From positions 1-64,000 of IMG/VR virus record IMGVR_UViG_3300027740_000003: a stretch of 64,000 bases of DNA. One strand, 5' to 3'. The DNA comes from a virus (Duplodnaviria; Caudoviricetes). The translations under genes and the position numbers were made by a program. The notes below the pieces were generated by a model. The model was given only the letters and a program-made list of their open reading frames with translations, did no database searches and was not told where the DNA came from. Shown here piece after piece: positions 38,522 to 47,368 of this stretch (the first letter of the stretch is position 1; every line of letters begins with the position of its first letter).

Positions 38522-38594
38522 TAGCCCTTGTTGGGATCGAACCAACGACCGATCGATTATGAGTCGATTGCTCTAACCACTGAGCTAAAGGGCC
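38522..38594 (-). tRNA. tRNA with CAT anticodon, Ile2 type; CCA not encoded
   Basis: Cloverleaf GGCCCTT TA GCTC AGTGGTTA GAGC A ATCGA CTCATAA TCGAT CGGTC GTTGG TTCGATC CCAAC AAGGGCT A; C4-G69 and C5-G68. Confidence 0.92.
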
Positions 38595-38640
38595 ATATTG
38601 TTAGGGTTTCAGAAAAGCTTGTTGACTCTCGAACGCCAAC

Positions 38641-38668
38641 AACCTAAGGCTCGGATGGGCCTTGTCAA
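38641..38668 (-). promoter_or_regulatory. sigma70-type promoter for tRNA-tilS
   Basis: TTGACA-16-TAGGTT; -35 centred in GATGGGGCCTTG-A-CAAGGCCCATC. Confidence 0.65.
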
Positions 38669-38726
38669 GGCCCCATCATTTACAGTTTATTAGATAGTTG
38701 TGCACTAATATTCCGGCATAAATTAT

Positions 38727-39329
38727 ATGATGTTAAACAAGTTAGAAACATTAGCCAATATTTTTTATGTGGTTGGTAGCGACACTATTCGGTTTGACCA
38801 AATAGAAACGCCAGAAAATTTTCTTAAATGGATGGACCGCATAGAATACGGATGGTTAGATAGTTATAACAAAAAAATGAAAGGTGATGATAAGTTTGGG
38901 GAATTTTGGTGGGATAATTATTTATTTGCAACTCCAACATTAGTTGTTAAATATCTAATTGGCACCTGTTATGAACAGGCAATTTTAGAACATTATGTAT
39001 TCGATCGTAAATTATACCTGGAAAACAAAGTGTTTTTCGCGGCTGATTCTAATAATAAGTTTGATATTTTGGACACCAACGCTAATACCCATATGTTTCT
39101 AGTATACCAACAGGATGGAAAATGGTATTGGTTTGAACATAGTTGGGATAAAGAAAAAGGTATACATGGACCTTTTGATAATATCAACGATATTCAAGAA
39201 GCTTATAAAAAGAAAACAGGCTCTAAAAATTTCTTCTTTAAAGAAATTGATCCTAAAAAATATACCAAAAGAATTGATGCAAAAGAATTTTATAAGTCAG
39301 TAGGTTTTCTTGATTATATCAATTCATGA
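38727..39329 (+). CDS. Hypothetical protein, possible transglutaminase-like fold
   Basis: GTCYEQ...THMFLVY...WFEHSW (Cys-His-Glu spacing). Confidence 0.5.
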   Translation: MMLNKLETLANIFYVVGSDTIRFDQIETPENFLKWMDRIEYGWLDSYNKKMKGDDKFGEFWWDNYLFATPTLVVKYLIGTCYEQAILEHYVFDRKLYLENKVFFAADSNNKFDILDTNANTHMFLVYQQDGKWYWFEHSWDKEKGIHGPFDNINDIQEAYKKKTGSKNFFFKEIDPKKYTKRIDAKEFYKSVGFLDYINS

Positions 39330-39371
39330 CTTGATATAATACTGCTCCTTAATATTTAAAGCCACGTCATA

Positions 39372-39616
39372 TCACTTTTCGTTGGATAATGTGATTGTTT
39401 CATTTGGATCCAAAATTCTCCATGTTGATAGATCATCAACATCAATCCAATGTTCTTTAATATGTCCTATATTACATTTTGTAGAGTCTTTAGATACAAC
39501 AATTCCCTTCGCTGGCGAAATAAATAATACCACAAATTTTTCTTTAATATTTTCGGCCAGTATTGGAAATTTTATTTTTCTATTTCTTGTAGATTGTTTT
39601 TAACAGAACTAATCAT
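39372..39616 (-). pseudogene. Frameshifted small gene
   Basis: ATG at 39616 and a long open frame ending TGA 39372 are joined by adding one A to an A5 run near 39597-39601; span is 245 nt. Confidence 0.5.
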
Positions 39617-39617
39617 T

Positions 39618-39800
39618 TTATTTATTCTCCGTATATTCGTAATATCCTACAACATTGCAACAGTCTTCAATGAATTCATATGCATTTTCGATAACACTAT
39701 CTGTTTGTGCTATCTTTTCAGAGCAATTAATTTGCTCTTGTTGAATAAAGTTCTCGACAACATTCCACAGATCAGTTAGTTGTTTCTCGGTTGGTTTCAT
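39618..39800 (-). CDS. Hypothetical protein
   Basis: 60-aa ORF, ATGA overlap. Confidence 0.65.
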   Translation of the reverse strand: MKPTEKQLTDLWNVVENFIQQEQINCSEKIAQTDSVIENAYEFIEDCCNVVGYYEYTENK

Positions 39801-40312
39801 TCTATTATGTCTTTAATTGTTTTTTCGTCATATGTTAGAACATAATTATCTTTACAAACTAGATTAAATAAATCACCAACTGCCGCTGGTCCAACAAATT
39901 TATTTGTAATATTAGGATGAAGTAAAATTTCAGAATAATTTTCTTCTATTTCTGAATCTGAAACTGAATAATAATAACTTCTTCTTATTTTTATAAAAAT
40001 ACTAAGTTCGCCATAACTCGAAATAAACAGCCCAATGTTTTTTATTTTTGCAGCATCAAAACTTGTTTTAAGTTTGCCATAACTACAAAATAAATTTACA
40101 TTAAAATTAATAGTTATAAAATAATGTTCGGTACCAGACAAATCATAACCAACAGTAAATTCTTTTGTATATTTTTTCAATTCTGGAACAAATAACTTAA
40201 CAGTTTGTTTTATTAATTCTAATCTGTACCTATCAGCTTCAATACATTTATATAATCCATTTTCATCTAATAAATTGTTTTTATTATCATTTAACGTTTT
40301 ATGTAATTTCAT
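39797..40312 (-). CDS. Hypothetical protein ending DEKTIKDIIE
   Basis: 171-aa ORF with tag. Confidence 0.6.
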   Translation of the reverse strand: MKLHKTLNDNKNNLLDENGLYKCIEADRYRLELIKQTVKLFVPELKKYTKEFTVGYDLSGTEHYFITINFNVNLFCSYGKLKTSFDAAKIKNIGLFISSYGELSIFIKIRRSYYYSVSDSEIEENYSEILLHPNITNKFVGPAAVGDLFNLVCKDNYVLTYDEKTIKDIIE

Positions 40313-40315
40313 TGT

Positions 40316-40654
40316 TCATCCAAATGTGAATCCGAAAGATTCTTCTAAACCCTCTGGTGTTTTATCTAATTTTCTACACTGACCGAAATGACCATCTTCC
40401 ATATAAGCTTTCCAATACGAAATCACTTCATCTAAAGTTCCAGCGCCTTGATAGCACTTTTCAATAACGGCATAATTCCAACGACATTCAAATGGATCTC
40501 CGTGATAATAATGTTCTCTAATCTTCTTCCCCGCATCGTTTAAATACTTTTCGGCATCTTCTAATTTGAAGAACCAAATCTTCTTTCCCCATTCAGAAAT
40601 GCAATTATCTTTTATATTGAAAGAAGTTATAACAAATATAAAATCATTCGTCAT
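40316..40654 (-). CDS. Hypothetical protein
   Basis: 112 aa, YAVIEK motif. Confidence 0.65.
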   Translation of the reverse strand: MTNDFIFVITSFNIKDNCISEWGKKIWFFKLEDAEKYLNDAGKKIREHYYHGDPFECRWNYAVIEKCYQGAGTLDEVISYWKAYMEDGHFGQCRKLDKTPEGLEESFGFTFG

Positions 40655-41085
40655 TTGATGATACCGTTTTCAACAACAAGGGCTATCAATTCGTCTCTGG
40701 ATAATTCTGAAGCTTTGGAATAGGTTTTCTCTTTCTCAGTGGGTTTTACTTTTTTAGCAAAGGGGAAATAATATTCTTCTCCGGAAGCAATTGCGTTTTT
40801 GGTAATTGTTCTATAACAGATCTTTCTTTCCAATACTTTTGCCGCTTCATCTAGTATTGTAAGTCTGGCTCCTTTTAAATGATGTCCGTCTTTTATAAGA
40901 TATTTTATTAGATTTCTTAAATTATCATCTGACCAATCGTCAAAACTTTCTTTAATTGCATCCTCTGCTAAGCCATATAGAGAGACTATATAATTTGCCG
41001 TATATTCGAAATCATCCTCAGGAGATGTTTTCAAAGCCTCTAGCTTGTTTCTTTGCAAGAATTGTTCTACGTCATCAAAGTTCAT
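40651..41085 (-). CDS. Hypothetical protein
   Basis: 144-aa ORF. Confidence 0.6.
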   Translation of the reverse strand: MNFDDVEQFLQRNKLEALKTSPEDDFEYTANYIVSLYGLAEDAIKESFDDWSDDNLRNLIKYLIKDGHHLKGARLTILDEAAKVLERKICYRTITKNAIASGEEYYFPFAKKVKPTEKEKTYSKASELSRDELIALVVENGIIK

Positions 41086-41366
41086 ATCAACTCATCAATC
41101 TTATCTGAACTTGCTTCAAGTTCTTTTTCTACAACAATGAACGCTTCTGTTTCAGAAATAAGTTTTGCAAGACGACAGTCGGGTTTATGATTTTCATCAT
41201 AATCAGGACTATGATCTCCAAACGTATAAAAACATGTTGGGCAGCACTCTATATATTCAGGATGACAATGACAGGCGGTATTTTTTCTACCAGAATATTG
41301 TGCAAACTCTTTTACAAAATATAAAAGATCTTCAAGAATATCTATGTTTGTCCTAACGTTGTCCAT
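41082..41366 (-). CDS. Cys/His-rich hypothetical protein
   Basis: CHCH..CCPTC...H...C. Confidence 0.6.
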   Translation of the reverse strand: MDNVRTNIDILEDLLYFVKEFAQYSGRKNTACHCHPEYIECCPTCFYTFGDHSPDYDENHKPDCRLAKLISETEAFIVVEKELEASSDKIDELI

Positions 41367-41368
41367 GT

Positions 41369-41908
41369 CTATCTTTCATTCCAAACAACTTTTGCCTTTA
41401 AAACAATTGTATCATTATTAAATGATGAACAACAATCACAAACCCCTCCGGCTTTATTAATGTCCCCAATGAGATATTGTTCTACTTCGTCTTCGTTTTT
41501 AATTTTAATTAATACTCCTGGTCTGCATAATTCCGAATGATAGAATGAGATTTTTGCTCTTTCTTTAATTCTATTATCATCAAACATATTATAATTTCTA
41601 TTCCACTCATCCAGTTCTGGAATAGAACTATGTGAGTTTAAAAAATCCTTTATCTCTGTTAGTTTTATTAACAATTTGTCTGCTTCTTGAGTTGCTTCGA
41701 ATGGAATAAATATATTAGTATCCTCTGGATAAGAGGCCACATATCGTTCCACGCCCCATTTGTCTTTAAAAGCTTGGCCTAATTCTTCTGTTGTAGCTCC
41801 AAACTTTTCTCTAACAACCTTATTAATGGCTTCAACTGGGAAGGGTTTATCAAAAGATGAACCTATATCTTTAAACCATGGAAGATTAACTTCAATCCAA
41901 TCAGACAT
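41369..41908 (-). CDS. Hypothetical protein
   Basis: 179 aa, LIGDIN..GGVCDCC. Confidence 0.6.
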   Translation of the reverse strand: MSDWIEVNLPWFKDIGSSFDKPFPVEAINKVVREKFGATTEELGQAFKDKWGVERYVASYPEDTNIFIPFEATQEADKLLIKLTEIKDFLNSHSSIPELDEWNRNYNMFDDNRIKERAKISFYHSELCRPGVLIKIKNEDEVEQYLIGDINKAGGVCDCCSSFNNDTIVLKAKVVWNER

Positions 41909-41909
41909 A

Positions 41910-42407
41910 TTATATTGTTCTCAGTTCTTTTCTTACATCCATTAATACTTTGCCAAGCAAATTGGTTCCTTTCCATTTGCTTTCATCCTGTGCTTCCGGA
42001 TCGCCTTCCGCCAACCCAATCCCCCATATTTTATCATATGGAGAAGCTTCCACTAGAACTTTATTTTCCGTATCTAATAGTTGTTTTGATAACCAACTGT
42101 TTTGTGCAAACTTGTGCTGAACAGCCAAGTACATAGCTGGAATACATTTTAGTTTCCACACTTCCGGATCAAAGTTTTTAACTTGTCTTCCTAATTTCTT
42201 GCATTGAATTGGGGTATTATTTACATTGCACATCTTTAAAATATCATTGGCAGTTTCTGTGTCTGAAAATGAAATAGCTTTCAACCACATATAGGATTGC
42301 TCTGACCAATAAAAATGATGCCCCTCCATATCAAATTGAGCGGGATAAAAATTGGAATATATATCCTCTTCTCCCCAGAACAAAACATACTTATCTGTTG
42401 TGATCAT
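41910..42407 (-). CDS. NADAR (YbiA/DUF1768) family protein
   Basis: YSNFY, SEQSYMWLKA, KKLGRQVKNFD, KFAQN, LVEASPYDKIWGIG, GTNLLGKVLM. Confidence 0.92.
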   Translation of the reverse strand: MITTDKYVLFWGEEDIYSNFYPAQFDMEGHHFYWSEQSYMWLKAISFSDTETANDILKMCNVNNTPIQCKKLGRQVKNFDPEVWKLKCIPAMYLAVQHKFAQNSWLSKQLLDTENKVLVEASPYDKIWGIGLAEGDPEAQDESKWKGTNLLGKVLMDVRKELRTI

Positions 42408-42564
42408 TGTGGTCCTTATTTATTGTAAGTAGCGAGAAGATTTTTGTATAGCAAAGAACGCAAAGATGATGTTTTTGTACCAAGTTATTGTTGGGCGGCC
42501 CAAATAATAGACCTCCAGGTTCTTTTAATTCAGAACCACATCTAATACAATCTACTTTAATCAT
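42391..42564 (-). CDS. Small zinc-ribbon protein (57 aa)
   Basis: Manual translation MIKVDCIRCG...HHLCVLCY. Confidence 0.55.
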   Translation of the reverse strand: MIKVDCIRCGSELKEPGGLLFGPPNNNLVQKHHLCVLCYTKIFSLLTINKDHNDHNR

Positions 42565-42566
42565 CT

Positions 42567-42884
42567 TTATATTTCTTTATCTGCTTCCTGCAATGCTGCA
42601 ATTAAATGTTCCACATCTTCTTTGCTCATTACGATCTCGCCACAATCACCATACCGAGACTTGTATCCAATAACATGTTTAATTGCTTGCCACAATCTTT
42701 TATACCATTGCCAATTATAATTGAGATGATATCTGATATACATCTGTTCATAATCTTTTTCATTCTTTTTTGGCCGCCAAGAAAATCCAATAATGTGTTC
42801 CAATTCGCCACAAGTACATTGAACAATATAACTTTTCTCATCTTGCCATTTAGGATCTTTCCTAATCTTTTTAAATATGCTCAT
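42567..42884 (-). CDS. Hypothetical protein
   Basis: CTCGELEH, WYKRLWQAIKHVIGYKSRYG; start reset to ATG 42884. Confidence 0.6.
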   Translation of the reverse strand: MSIFKKIRKDPKWQDEKSYIVQCTCGELEHIIGFSWRPKKNEKDYEQMYIRYHLNYNWQWYKRLWQAIKHVIGYKSRYGDCGEIVMSKEDVEHLIAALQEADKEI

Positions 42885-42889
42885 TGAGT

Positions 42890-43771
42890 TTACCTTGATT
42901 GAAGAAGTGAGATTTTTTGCAAAACACAAGAAGTATGTTTGTTGCACAACCTGCTGTTAAAAAATAGCTCTGGAACCACACTGCATTTTGCAATATCTAA
43001 TGGACAGATAATCTTTTCACCATCAGGAAATATGTTTCCAAACCTACAACGTTTTACCGTATCAAAGCTTTGCGATTTTGTTCTCAATACTCCCCGTGTA
43101 GCAATATCAATTCGTGGAATGTTCCCACTATATAAATTAATAAATGTTTGTGCTATGTTTGCATAATCGTCATTAGAAATAGTATCTGGCGTATCCTCCC
43201 AATAATCGTTAGTAATAGCAATGTCTCGGATTGAACTAAGATATAACGATGTACAATTAAACCTAGCTTCTGCTTGTGCAGCAAGATCGTATAAACAAGA
43301 AACATTATCTTTGCGCAACATTAATACTATCTTCGTTGGCCAATCTGTTTCTTGAACTTTAGATAACGGCTTTTCGGATGTATCAGATCCTAGAACCCCA
43401 ATACGCAAATCTACATTTGTATTAGGAAGATTTTTAATAGATTCTAGGTGTCTTCCATTGGTGTATATTGTTGTCAATAGATTGCGTTTAATATTCTCAG
43501 AAATAATATCACCAAGCTGTGGATGAAGAAGAGGTTCGCCTCCAAGCAGAGTTATTTTCCCAATATGTTGTGAATACTTATCAAGAATACTACGATAAGT
43601 AGCAAGGCTCATGTCTTGATTATCTAATTTGTGGCCATAAAAACAACCTTTACACCTAAGATTACAACGATTAGTAATGAATACTTGAAGTGTATTTACG
43701 GGCAGTACAGAAATTTCTTGCCATTTTGATTGATCATAATCCAAAATATATGATTGTTTAGATGCAGTCAT
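42890..43771 (-). CDS. Radical SAM protein
   Basis: ITNRCNLRCKGCFY (CxxxCxxC), LLGGEPLLHP, YTNG; Cys-rich C-terminus. Confidence 0.9.
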   Translation of the reverse strand: MTASKQSYILDYDQSKWQEISVLPVNTLQVFITNRCNLRCKGCFYGHKLDNQDMSLATYRSILDKYSQHIGKITLLGGEPLLHPQLGDIISENIKRNLLTTIYTNGRHLESIKNLPNTNVDLRIGVLGSDTSEKPLSKVQETDWPTKIVLMLRKDNVSCLYDLAAQAEARFNCTSLYLSSIRDIAITNDYWEDTPDTISNDDYANIAQTFINLYSGNIPRIDIATRGVLRTKSQSFDTVKRCRFGNIFPDGEKIICPLDIAKCSVVPELFFNSRLCNKHTSCVLQKISLLQSR

Positions 43772-44906
43772 TTTGAACAGACTCTTTCAACCACCCTAGA
43801 TATGTTTTGTCATTACAAACGGCCTTGCTTGGATCAACAGATAGTTTTGCAACTGGCCTGCCGTTTAGTTTTACTAATTTCATTACAATATTTAATGGTT
43901 TTACGCCAGGAATATCATTGGTTAAATGAGTTCCAATTCCATATATGGTTTTGATTCTGCCGTCAGTTTTAGTCTCAATCTGTTGGGCTTTTTTTACAGT
44001 TAATGCGTTGCTAAAAATAGCCGTTTTTCTTTTAGGATCAATGCCACAATTAGAATACATCTCTAGCATTCTATTTAGCCAAACAATCTCATCTCCACTA
44101 TCTTGTCTTACTCCGTCAAAAGTCTTTGCCAAAGAACCAGAAAAGTCTTTTACGAATTTATCTGTACCCAAAGTATCACTAAGAGCAATGCCCAGTTGCC
44201 CATTATATTCTTGTTGCCAGATCTCCAACATTCTTTTCTGAGAATCCATTGGATGAAACAACGCTTGGCCGGCAGAGATCCATTCATGAGCCATTGTGCC
44301 AACGGCAGGAATGTTATTCTGAGCGGCAAAAAGAACATTGCTTGTTCCAATGAATGTGCTTCTTGGAAGAGAAGAAGCTAGTGTTTTAACAACTTGTTCT
44401 TGCCAATACCCAGCTCTTCTTCTTCTTGTTCCCATATCAACTAACTTGATAGGGTTTGCTAATAGCGAAACAATTTTATCATTAAGAATAGCTGTGCCAG
44501 AATTTGCAGCGCAAAATGAATTAAAATATAATTCACTTACAGTGGCGAGAACTGGAACCTCGTACCAAATGGTATTGATCCATGGGCCTTTAATCGTAAT
44601 ATCAAGAAAACCTTGGTCATCAGAGATTTCAACATAACGTTGCGGATTTAGTTTAAAGTTGTCAATATAATCTAGAAAATCTTTGCTGATCCATTTGATG
44701 TTTTCTAATTGGCTAGTAGGTTTAGAAACCGTGGCCCATGTTGAAATCTCATTTATCAAATGATTTTTTAAAAATCCCAGTTCCGTTTCTGCGCCCCGAC
44801 AAATAAATTGATACTCAGCTGTTGCTCCAGGGAAATGATGGAACACAGCTTGAGCCATCGAAAATTTATAAGCGTCTTGATCTAAGAAATTATTCCAAAT
44901 TGCCAT
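43758..44906 (-). CDS. pncB: Nicotinate phosphoribosyltransferase
   Basis: DQDAYKFSM, DMGTRRR, GTSNV, GTMAHEW, LSDT, GVRQDSGD, YGIGTHLT, VMKL. Confidence 0.92.
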   Translation of the reverse strand: MAIWNNFLDQDAYKFSMAQAVFHHFPGATAEYQFICRGAETELGFLKNHLINEISTWATVSKPTSQLENIKWISKDFLDYIDNFKLNPQRYVEISDDQGFLDITIKGPWINTIWYEVPVLATVSELYFNSFCAANSGTAILNDKIVSLLANPIKLVDMGTRRRRAGYWQEQVVKTLASSLPRSTFIGTSNVLFAAQNNIPAVGTMAHEWISAGQALFHPMDSQKRMLEIWQQEYNGQLGIALSDTLGTDKFVKDFSGSLAKTFDGVRQDSGDEIVWLNRMLEMYSNCGIDPKRKTAIFSNALTVKKAQQIETKTDGRIKTIYGIGTHLTNDIPGVKPLNIVMKLVKLNGRPVAKLSVDPSKAVCNDKTYLGWLKESVQNDCI

Positions 44907-45079
44907 ATTAATTCACTTCTTTGTTGGTATAGTGTAAACTATATATGCCATAATTATAGAAGAAAATATAAAACAAAGTAGTTGTTCTTTTGTCGCAACA
45001 CCCATATAACACAATGTCATATAGCTTGCGACATTAATGAAATAGAAAATAAAAGACATTAAATAAAGAAAAATGCATA

Positions 45080-45439
45080 TCAATAATCTTCTTTAATAAG
45101 TTCTACAAGTTTCTCTTCAATGTCAGAAATCTCAGATGCAGTTAATGCATCATCAACTTCACATTTGTTTAGAATATTATTCCAAACAGAACACTCTGCT
45201 GTCCATTCCAGATCCCCTTCTTCTGGATAACAGATCTCTGGTGGACCATATGTTTTAGCTGGAGTATAATATCCCTCCCCTTTAATCAGGAGAATAAGTT
45301 CAACAAAGCTCCAACCATTACCTTCTTCTTCAGGAACTTCCAGATCGTTTTCGAAATAATATTGTTTTGTTGGCTCATAATAAACTCTTTGAATTGGATA
45401 TTCAAAAGAAGCACATCCTGACCAGGCACCATTTGACAT
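45080..45439 (-). CDS. Acidic hypothetical protein
   Basis: Start reset to ATG 45439 behind AGGAG. Confidence 0.55.
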   Translation of the reverse strand: MSNGAWSGCASFEYPIQRVYYEPTKQYYFENDLEVPEEEGNGWSFVELILLIKGEGYYTPAKTYGPPEICYPEEGDLEWTAECSVWNNILNKCEVDDALTASEISDIEEKLVELIKEDY

Positions 45440-45459
45440 AATCTTGCTCCTAGGTGGAC

Positions 45460-45487
45460 AATATAAGCACTCCCAAGCCGTTGTCAA
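45460..45487 (-). promoter_or_regulatory. sigma70-type promoter
   Basis: TTGACA-16-TATATT; -35 centred in AGCCGTTG-A-CAACGGCT. Confidence 0.7.
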
Positions 45488-45516
45488 CGGCTGCCGACGC
45501 AGTAGTAATTTTTATA

Positions 45517-45990
45517 TCACTGGTCTTTAGGATTAGAGTCCTGTTCTGTTTTGTGATAACTAGAATGTGAAGGATATGCTGGGCCAATATATTCTCGTAC
45601 ATCATACTCGTCAATATCAAAACTTATTTTTTTATTTTTAGACTGGAAAATTCCAGTTTTATATTCAAATGTTTCTTTTGAAAACGTTTCCCCATCAACA
45701 ACAACCGTTTTATATATTTTATTTGAATCAACCGGAGCTTCGTCCCAAGATAAAATAATATTTGGATAACTAGAACGATTTACAACAGCAGATCTATTTT
45801 TAATTTTAGAATTATATTCATTTACATAAAAACAACGAAAAACAAACTCTAAATCATTCTTTTCAACAAAATTACAACAAAAATGATATAATGCATCTAA
45901 GCTATTTACATATAATGGAACGAACTCTCTATACTGTTCTTGCAAATAATTAACTCTATCTACATAATCCTCCGCTCTATAGATTTTCAT
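45517..45990 (-). CDS. Hypothetical protein
   Basis: 157-aa ORF. Confidence 0.55.
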   Translation of the reverse strand: MKIYRAEDYVDRVNYLQEQYREFVPLYVNSLDALYHFCCNFVEKNDLEFVFRCFYVNEYNSKIKNRSAVVNRSSYPNIILSWDEAPVDSNKIYKTVVVDGETFSKETFEYKTGIFQSKNKKISFDIDEYDVREYIGPAYPSHSSYHKTEQDSNPKDQ

Positions 45991-45994
45991 TTTA

Positions 45995-46489
45995 TTATAT
46001 CTTTCTTTTTCCTATATTTAGATCTTTATCTTTATCTTTATCTTTATCTTTATCTTTATCTTTATCTTTATCTTTAATTAACTCAAAAGCCTCATGAACA
46101 GATAAAGCTTTTGCTTTTTTAATATCACTATGTTTTGATGTGTTAGTTTTACAAGTTGCTGCTGTTCCTTTTACGATATCTATAAAATCTTGAGAGTGCT
46201 CTCCCGGAATCCACTCAGGAACATTATCCTCTGTTATTGAATCTTCTACTGTTTTTGACTCAATAGAACAGTCTGCAACAATTTCCTCTTCTATATCTGC
46301 TAGTAATTCATAAATCTCCACAAAGGCAGTTTCTAATTCTTTTTGATCATCTACCATTCCAAATACTTTTTTATTAAGTATTTTTAATATTGTCGGAGCT
46401 TTTGCTGACAATAATTGTTTCATCTGCCCTACAGTAGATTGTATAATTTTAATAGCTTCTATTGTTTTCATACTATGAAATGTTTTCAT
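45995..46489 (-). CDS. Hypothetical protein with (KD)9 tract
   Basis: 164-aa ORF. Confidence 0.6.
   Translation of the reverse strand: MKTFHSMKTIEAIKIIQSTVGQMKQLLSAKAPTILKILNKKVFGMVDDQKELETAFVEIYELLADIEEEIVADCSIESKTVEDSITEDNVPEWIPGEHSQDFIDIVKGTAATCKTNTSKHSDIKKAKALSVHEAFELIKDKDKDKDKDKDKDKDKDLNIGKRKI
46023..46076. repeat. Perfect hexanucleotide microsatellite (TCTTTA)9
   Basis: Direct reading. Confidence 0.95.
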
Positions 46490-46498
46490 ACTATGAAA
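46463..46498. repeat. Tandem 18-bp repeat, each unit containing TTTCATA-C-TATGAAA palindrome
   Basis: TGTTTTCATACTATGAAA x2 over the start of 45995..46489. Confidence 0.85.
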
Positions 46499-46645
46499 TG
46501 TGAAAATATTAATAATGATATTTTCGAAACAATCTTTTAAATCGCAGACCTGAGTAATGTTTTGATCTCCAGGTGGGAACTATAAAAATAACCCTCCCTT
46601 TATCATCGCATTCTTTGTCAGGAATAGTGTTCATATATTCAAAAT

Positions 46646-46876
46646 TCATAACAAATACAGGCTACTAACTAAACACAAAGTAAATAACAGCCAACAACCA
46701 ACCACAGCTAAGCTTCTTTTTATTCTTCCACCTAGAACTTCTTTTAGCGTCTTTGTTCCAAATTCTATTTGATCAGATTCAAATTTCCAAATGGAAAAAT
46801 GCCGACCGGTATATAGTACGAGCCAGCTTATGGCCACAAATTCAATTAAAGCCAATACAGCTAATTTAATCATCAT
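46646..46876 (-). CDS. Small two-TM membrane protein
   Basis: Two hydrophobic stretches. Confidence 0.6.
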   Translation of the reverse strand: MMIKLAVLALIEFVAISWLVLYTGRHFSIWKFESDQIEFGTKTLKEVLGGRIKRSLAVVGCWLLFTLCLVSSLYLL

Positions 46877-47114
46877 TTCCTATACACCTTTCAGGATTAC
46901 ACACTATACTGCTGTAAACTCCCCATTCAGCACAAGCTCCAATTGGATGATAACAGTTGTTGGTTGGACAACTGCCGGAAATACAAACCAAACCATCTTC
47001 ACATTGTGAGCTGTCTGTGCAAGGTTTTAAATAACTTTCTTCAGCAGAATTCGTAGCCTCTCCGCTACAGCAGATACAAAACAAGATAACGAATAAACAA
47101 ATGCTACGTACCAT
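46866..47114 (-). CDS. Cys-rich exported protein
   Basis: Hydrophobic N-terminus, CTDSSQCEDGLVCISGSC. Confidence 0.55.
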   Translation of the reverse strand: MVRSICLFVILFCICCSGEATNSAEESYLKPCTDSSQCEDGLVCISGSCPTNNCYHPIGACAEWGVYSSIVCNPERCIGNDD

Positions 47115-47359
47115 GGCTTAACTACCTCCCCAACCGGAACAGATACATCATCAACAATAGATCTATATTTGTAAACTGATTCAATCTCTTTTGGATCAGA
47201 AACAATATGTCTAATTCTAATTACATAATCATCTCCTTCAAAATTAATTTTAGCTAAGCTGGTCCCGTCCCAACATGCTACTTCTACTTGTCGAATCGGG
47301 GGAAGTTCTGTTCTAGAATCTGTTGGAAGAAATGGATAACATGTATAACCAGTAATCAT
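47027..47359 (-). CDS. Hypothetical protein
   Basis: 110 aa, YPF...P.R.V.V..WDG. Confidence 0.5.
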   Translation of the reverse strand: MITGYTCYPFLPTDSRTELPPIRQVEVACWDGTSLAKINFEGDDYVIRIRHIVSDPKEIESVYKYRSIVDDVSVPVGEVVKPWYVAFVYSLSCFVSAVAERLRILLKKVI

Positions 47360-47368
47360 TGTTTGCCT

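Noticed and set aside
38522-38594. Initiator tRNA-fMet
   Set aside because: No three consecutive G-C pairs in the anticodon stem and position 1 is G, able to wobble-pair with U72; sequence and tilS adjacency fit Ile2.
43758-44906. NARP2-type Nampt (NadV)
   Set aside because: Has the PncB GTMAHEW motif rather than the Nampt SEHS-type motif; no Nmnat or Adps/Namat recognised in the window.
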